Shown: positions 50,961 to 55,236 of the stretch, piece after piece
How the letters are laid out: each line of letters begins with the position of its first letter
How positions within the stretch are numbered: position 1 is the stretch's first letter
Virus record (IMG/VR): IMGVR_UViG_3300028802_000019
Location: 1-55,236 of that record
DNA length: 55,236 nt
Direction: 5' to 3' (one strand)
Source: a virus
Lineage: Duplodnaviria; Caudoviricetes
Made by a program: the position numbers and the translations under genes
Notes under the pieces: generated by a model
Databases searched by the model: none
The model's input: the letters and a program-made list of their open reading frames with translations, nothing else
What the model was told of the DNA's origin: nothing

Positions 50961-53401
50961 GGGGTGGGATCTCCGATCAGGTAGCCCTCAAACGGCGGCT
51001 CGTCGCGCTCGGGGCCGATCGGCTCGGCACCAGGCTGGCCTGGCGGCTCGCCTGGGCCGGTCAGAGTGAGGTAGCGATCCGGCGAGGACGCTGTGACAGT
51101 GGCCGACGTGCCGATGTGCGAGAACTGGGCGCCGCAGAGGTAGATGTAGGGCGAGTAGGTCGGGTCGGAGCCAGCCAGGCGGGAGCCGAAGTAGATCGCC
51201 GGGACGGCGTAGGCGGCGTTGGCCGGGGCGATCCCCTGGGCCGGGGTGAAGACGTGCCAGTTGGTGTCGTTGACTGGCCCTGGCCCCGGCTCGGAGACGC
51301 TGATCAGGTTGTGGTTGTCGCCCTCCACGCTGAACCACAGGATCATCAGGCGCACCTGCACGGGGGCCAGTTCGATCTTGACCTGGATCGAGAAGGAGTA
51401 AATCTCCAGCGGGGTCACCGGGATACCGGCATACCTGGGGTACAGAATCCTGACCCCCTGGAACTCGTCGTCACTGCGGTCGAGGGGGACGTTGACCTCG
51501 TAGTCCTGGGCGATGCCGTCACCACAGGTGAGGAAGACGTTGCCGGTGGCGTCGGCCTTCGACGTCCACATGCGCATCACGCCGCGCCCCGAGTTGTCGG
51601 GGGGCTTCACTGCATGCACGCCGTGCTCCAGTCGGACCTTGTCGGGGGTCAGCGGCGTGCCGATGGCGGGAGTGAAGTACGTGGGCGTACCTCCAGTAAC
51701 GGGCGTCTCGGGATGGATGCCCGCCCACGAGCCGGTGCCTTCGAAGAAGTCCGAGTCGTCGGGCAGCAGCATGGTGTTGGGGCCAGCGGTGATCTCCGTG
51801 GTGGCCTTGGTCACCGAGACCACCATCTCCTGGAGACCGAGGGCGGTGCCACGCGAGCGGTAGAGGAAGCCGATCTTTGAGACCAGCCCCCGATGACGGA
51901 TGTCCCCGAGGCCAGCTTCGTAGGGCATACCGAAGTTGGCCCCGAGGCGTCGCAGCAGCGGCACTGGCGTGAAGTCGGTGTGGTACAGGTCGAGCCAGCC
52001 GTTGACGTACTCGCGGGTGAGATCGAGGTCGTAGCCCATCACCCGCAGGAACCGGCGCAGGTCGCCATCGCCCCGGCCACCGCGCATGTTGTCGTCGGTC
52101 CACTGGTAGTAGGGGGGCAGGTTGTTGAAGAGGTGCTCAGCGTGGTGGTAGTCCCTCGGCAGCAGCGCCGAGGTGACCATGTAGCGGCGCCACTTGGTGC
52201 CACTACGGAAGAACAGCGAGTAGTAGTACCAGCGCCCGTTGGGCAGGGCGACCTGCATACCCACCCCCGGCATACCGCTGGGATCGATGACCTTGCGTGA
52301 CTCCACCGGCTGCTTGCCGTCAGCATCCTTCTTCTCGGTGTAGCCGGTGGGGAACAGCTTGGACTGGCTGGCGAGCAAGAGCGTCTGGCCATCGTTGACG
52401 GTGGTCGGGAAGCCGAAGCCCGAGCGCACGATGGCGATGGCGTTCCACTTGCTGAGGTCGAGCGTGATCCCCCAGGTGACCTCGATCGTGGCGTAGTTGA
52501 GCGGGCGGGCGTAGAAGATCCCGGTGCCGGTCAGTTCCTCGATGCCGAAGTCGGTGGTCGTCGGGAAGCGCAGCGCCGACTGCTGGACGTCGGGGCCAGT
52601 GACCACGGCGGGCGAGGTCGTGCCCCCGGTGATGGTCCAGACACGGCTCCGAGGGTCGGTGTATGTGCTGCCGGTGCCGGGATACTCGGCGGGATCGAAC
52701 CGCCACACGATCCCTGCGGAGTGCCCGTCCGGGGTGAGCCGGTCCATCTGCGCCCAGTAGATGCGCCCGAGCCAGGGAGCATTCCCACGACTGGCGACGC
52801 GCAGCGGCTGGTTGCTGTCGAACAGAGCGAACGGAGAGAGGGTCCGCGGTGTGCCGAAGGGCGTCCACGTGGTGCCGTCCTTCGACGTGAGCGCCGTGAG
52901 CTTGCCCGCCTGCGGCTCGATCTGGAGACCGAACCACCCATCGACGCCATCGGGTAGGGCCGCTGCCAACTCGGCACTGGTCGCCAGGGTCTGGAAGATG
53001 TTCTGGGCACTGCCGTCGAACGACCCACCGAAGATGAGACCACCTTGGCTCTGACGCTCAGCGAGGTACCAGGAGTTGGTGGTGGTCAACGACCAGTGCG
53101 CAACGAACGTCTGGTCCGAGTTGACAGCGGTGAGACCGTTCGGCTGGACCCGCATGGTGATCCGCACTGGGCCGGTGATGGTGAGGTCAGCAGCATCGGG
53201 AATGGAGGCGCCAGCGGCGGGTGGGATGAAGTAGGCCGGGACCGTGTAGGTCGTAGAGCCACGGACGTAGTCACCACCCTGGACGACGCCAGCGACGCTG
53301 CGCTGCGTGGTGAACGCAGGCTGCGGCCACCACTTGGTGACGTCGTCCTGATCGGAGCCTGGCCACCAGTCAGACGAGCCGGGGGGTGCGGTGTCAGTCA
53401 T
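50957..53401 (-). CDS. Baseplate wedge / P2 gpI-like tail protein
   Basis: LFNNLPPYY..LRRFL..LLRRLGANFG..YRSRGT; start ATG 53401 by TGATG overlap. Confidence 0.78.
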   Translation of the reverse strand: MTDTAPPGSSDWWPGSDQDDVTKWWPQPAFTTQRSVAGVVQGGDYVRGSTTYTVPAYFIPPAAGASIPDAADLTITGPVRITMRVQPNGLTAVNSDQTFVAHWSLTTTNSWYLAERQSQGGLIFGGSFDGSAQNIFQTLATSAELAAALPDGVDGWFGLQIEPQAGKLTALTSKDGTTWTPFGTPRTLSPFALFDSNQPLRVASRGNAPWLGRIYWAQMDRLTPDGHSAGIVWRFDPAEYPGTGSTYTDPRSRVWTITGGTTSPAVVTGPDVQQSALRFPTTTDFGIEELTGTGIFYARPLNYATIEVTWGITLDLSKWNAIAIVRSGFGFPTTVNDGQTLLLASQSKLFPTGYTEKKDADGKQPVESRKVIDPSGMPGVGMQVALPNGRWYYYSLFFRSGTKWRRYMVTSALLPRDYHHAEHLFNNLPPYYQWTDDNMRGGRGDGDLRRFLRVMGYDLDLTREYVNGWLDLYHTDFTPVPLLRRLGANFGMPYEAGLGDIRHRGLVSKIGFLYRSRGTALGLQEMVVSVTKATTEITAGPNTMLLPDDSDFFEGTGSWAGIHPETPVTGGTPTYFTPAIGTPLTPDKVRLEHGVHAVKPPDNSGRGVMRMWTSKADATGNVFLTCGDGIAQDYEVNVPLDRSDDEFQGVRILYPRYAGIPVTPLEIYSFSIQVKIELAPVQVRLMILWFSVEGDNHNLISVSEPGPGPVNDTNWHVFTPAQGIAPANAAYAVPAIYFGSRLAGSDPTYSPYIYLCGAQFSHIGTSATVTASSPDRYLTLTGPGEPPGQPGAEPIGPERDEPPFEGYLIGDPTP

Positions 53402-55236
53402 CAGGTACCTGCGAGGCCTCCGACAGCGACGACCCACAGACCGTCGTGCGTGCGGTCCTCCTCCTCGATGAAGTCGGGGTACTTGGTGATGTCCTCGATC
53501 ACTTCTGTCGGGTAGATCCGGGGGATCTGCAACTCGTCGGTGATGATGTCCCCGACCTCACCGGCCGACAGCGGCGTGGGGTTGTAGCGCAGGAACTCGA
53601 TGAGCACTTCCTGGCCCGCCGTGGGCGGGAAGTTGACGATGGAGCGACGGCCCACCGTGACCGTGTACTCGGTCCACCCGGCAGCCGTGGTGCCGTGGGG
53701 GACCATGGCGCTGACGATGAGATCCCACCACGACGCCGGGTCGGTGACCGAGCGAGCGAGGATGTGGTCACCGAGCACGACGCTCTGCAACGGCGTGTGG
53801 ACATCGACCGGGACGGTCGAGGCGTCGGTGTTGGAAATGGCGAGCCGGTTCGGCTTGTTCACCACGGTGAAGTCGTCCACCCGGAACTCGCCCAGCCCAG
53901 GGTCAGCGATCGTCTGTACGGCGTCGAACTTCCACTTGGTGCCGACCAGAGACTCCGTGGTGGACACCGGCAGGCCCACCTCCACCGTGGACGAGACCGG
54001 CACGGTGGCCGAGTCCTCAGGCGGGGCGTTGGGGGAGAGCCAGCGGACCTCGGCCCACTCGACGCCCTGCACCGACATGATCGAGCGGTAGATGGCCCCC
54101 TTCGATACACGGGTACCGAAGTCCACGTTGTCGAAGGCGAGCAGGTCGGTGATCACTGCGTCCACCGCGTCACGCACGCTGGAGCGGTTGAAGTTCTCCA
54201 CTACGTAGACGGTGACCCGGATGTACACGTCCTGGAACAGCGGAGCGGGGTCGCCCTTCGGCCCCACGATCACATTGGATCCGATCAGCACCTTGTCGGT
54301 CATGTACTGCTCGACGGTGTTGCACAGCCGCACCATGGCGTCAGCGGTGGCCTCGCCATCGGGTGGAGCGACGAGGATCTTCACCGCTGTGTACACCGTC
54401 CCGTAGGCCACCGCCTTGGCCACCGAGGCCACCTGCATCGCCAGGTCGGCGTAGTCGTTGAGAGTGACCGCACGAGAGCGGATGCGCGCCCCGGCCCTCG
54501 GGATCGTGTACTTCATCGAGGCGATCGTCTCGGGGTCGGAGCCACCGATCGGAGACTCCGGGTTGGTGACCTTGATGAAGAAGGTGTCCACGCCCTTGGG
54601 CGGGACGATGATCGTGATGAGGTCTTCGGCCACGTTGTTGGCCCGTGCCCCCACGCCGTAGCGGTAGCTGGCGTACAGCTTGGAGTTGACCGAGGGGATG
54701 CGCCCCGAGGTGTTGTCACCGAAGACGATGTGAGTCAGGCCGAGGTCGTCGCCGTAGGTGGTGAACACCGACTGGGTGGGGCGCGCCGTAGAGAGGTCGG
54801 AGGTGTACGTCCAGGTGACGGTCGAGTAGCCCTCCTGCGAGACGACATTGATCGAGCCGAAGATGACACCCCGCTCACGGATGACGAACTCGGAGTTGGG
54901 CACGCCGTAGGCGGTCCCCAACCGATAGTCGTTGACCGTGACGCCCTCGGTCGCCGTGATGATCTTGTCCTTGTCGCCGGGGCTGAGGGTGATCGGGTGG
55001 TTCGTTTCGAAGGCGACGAAGGAGCCGCTGCTGTCGGCCGAGGTATGGATGGCGGTGCCCCGAGGCAGGGTGACAGGGTCCAGGGGGTGGTCGGGGTCAG
55101 GACTCTCGTCCATCGAGAAGGAGAGGTCCACTGTCGCCGCTGACTGACCGATAGGCGTGTATCCCAACATGTCCGCGATGTAGAGCACCGACTGGGGCCG
55201 CACCGCCGTGGCCAAGAAGGCCTCCGACGCCGTCCG
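53401..55236 (-). CDS. Baseplate J-like (gp6/gp47) wedge protein, 5' partial
   Basis: IADMLGY, IVFGDNTSGRIP, GGSDPET, RAVTLNDY. Confidence 0.88.
   Translation of the reverse strand, partial: RTASEAFLATAVRPQSVLYIADMLGYTPIGQSAATVDLSFSMDESPDPDHPLDPVTLPRGTAIHTSADSSGSFVAFETNHPITLSPGDKDKIITATEGVTVNDYRLGTAYGVPNSEFVIRERGVIFGSINVVSQEGYSTVTWTYTSDLSTARPTQSVFTTYGDDLGLTHIVFGDNTSGRIPSVNSKLYASYRYGVGARANNVAEDLITIIVPPKGVDTFFIKVTNPESPIGGSDPETIASMKYTIPRAGARIRSRAVTLNDYADLAMQVASVAKAVAYGTVYTAVKILVAPPDGEATADAMVRLCNTVEQYMTDKVLIGSNVIVGPKGDPAPLFQDVYIRVTVYVVENFNRSSVRDAVDAVITDLLAFDNVDFGTRVSKGAIYRSIMSVQGVEWAEVRWLSPNAPPEDSATVPVSSTVEVGLPVSTTESLVGTKWKFDAVQTIADPGLGEFRVDDFTVVNKPNRLAISNTDASTVPVDVHTPLQSVVLGDHILARSVTDPASWWDLIVSAMVPHGTTAAGWTEYTVTVGRRSIVNFPPTAGQEVLIEFLRYNPTPLSAGEVGDIITDELQIPRIYPTEVIEDITKYPDFIEEEDRTHDGLWVVAVGGLAGT

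Noticed and set aside
53386-55143. 585-aa plus-strand ORF (and similar ones at 23434..24777, 35752..36879, 2556..3644, 146..1408)
   Set aside because: Antisense shadows of well-supported genes; no recognisable motifs.
1-55236. tRNA, rRNA, integrase or att sites
   Set aside because: No cloverleaf or recombinase motifs were recognised by eye; tRNAscan-SE or Infernal would be needed to exclude RNA genes formally.

Overview
The window is an internal 55 kb slice of a large, high-GC tailed-phage genome; both ends cut through genes. The baseplate genes imply a contractile tail. An actinobacterial host is inferred from GC content, gene content and apparent leaderless promoters. From left to right it holds: (1) an accessory block with a GHKL ATPase missed by the ORF track, a Ku-like protein, and a divergent MoxR-type AAA+ ATPase / HExxH-vWA pair; (2) a long leftward run of small, disordered or putative virion proteins, a two-catalytic-domain endolysin with a holin candidate, and tail fibres; (3) a roughly 20 kb replication/recombination block (SpoVS-like, RuvC, Cas4-like nuclease, resolvase, RecA, family A polymerase, SSB, tandem C2H2 zinc-finger protein, Topo VI-A/Spo11-like protein, Rep-like protein, DnaB, primase, SNF2); (4) baseplate genes. 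I saw no tRNA, CRISPR array, integrase or reverse transcriptase. The most notable signals are a repeated ACCGAACCG leader motif and a TGT(G/C)ACA operator-like motif marking a putative accessory regulon, a possible split type IIB topoisomerase-like pair, shared basic Pro/Arg terminal tags on DNA-metabolism proteins, low-GC3 patches over conserved helicase motifs, an unannotated 33-aa tandem-repeat peptide, and eukaryote-style C2H2 fingers. All product calls come from motif recognition by eye; no database searches were run.
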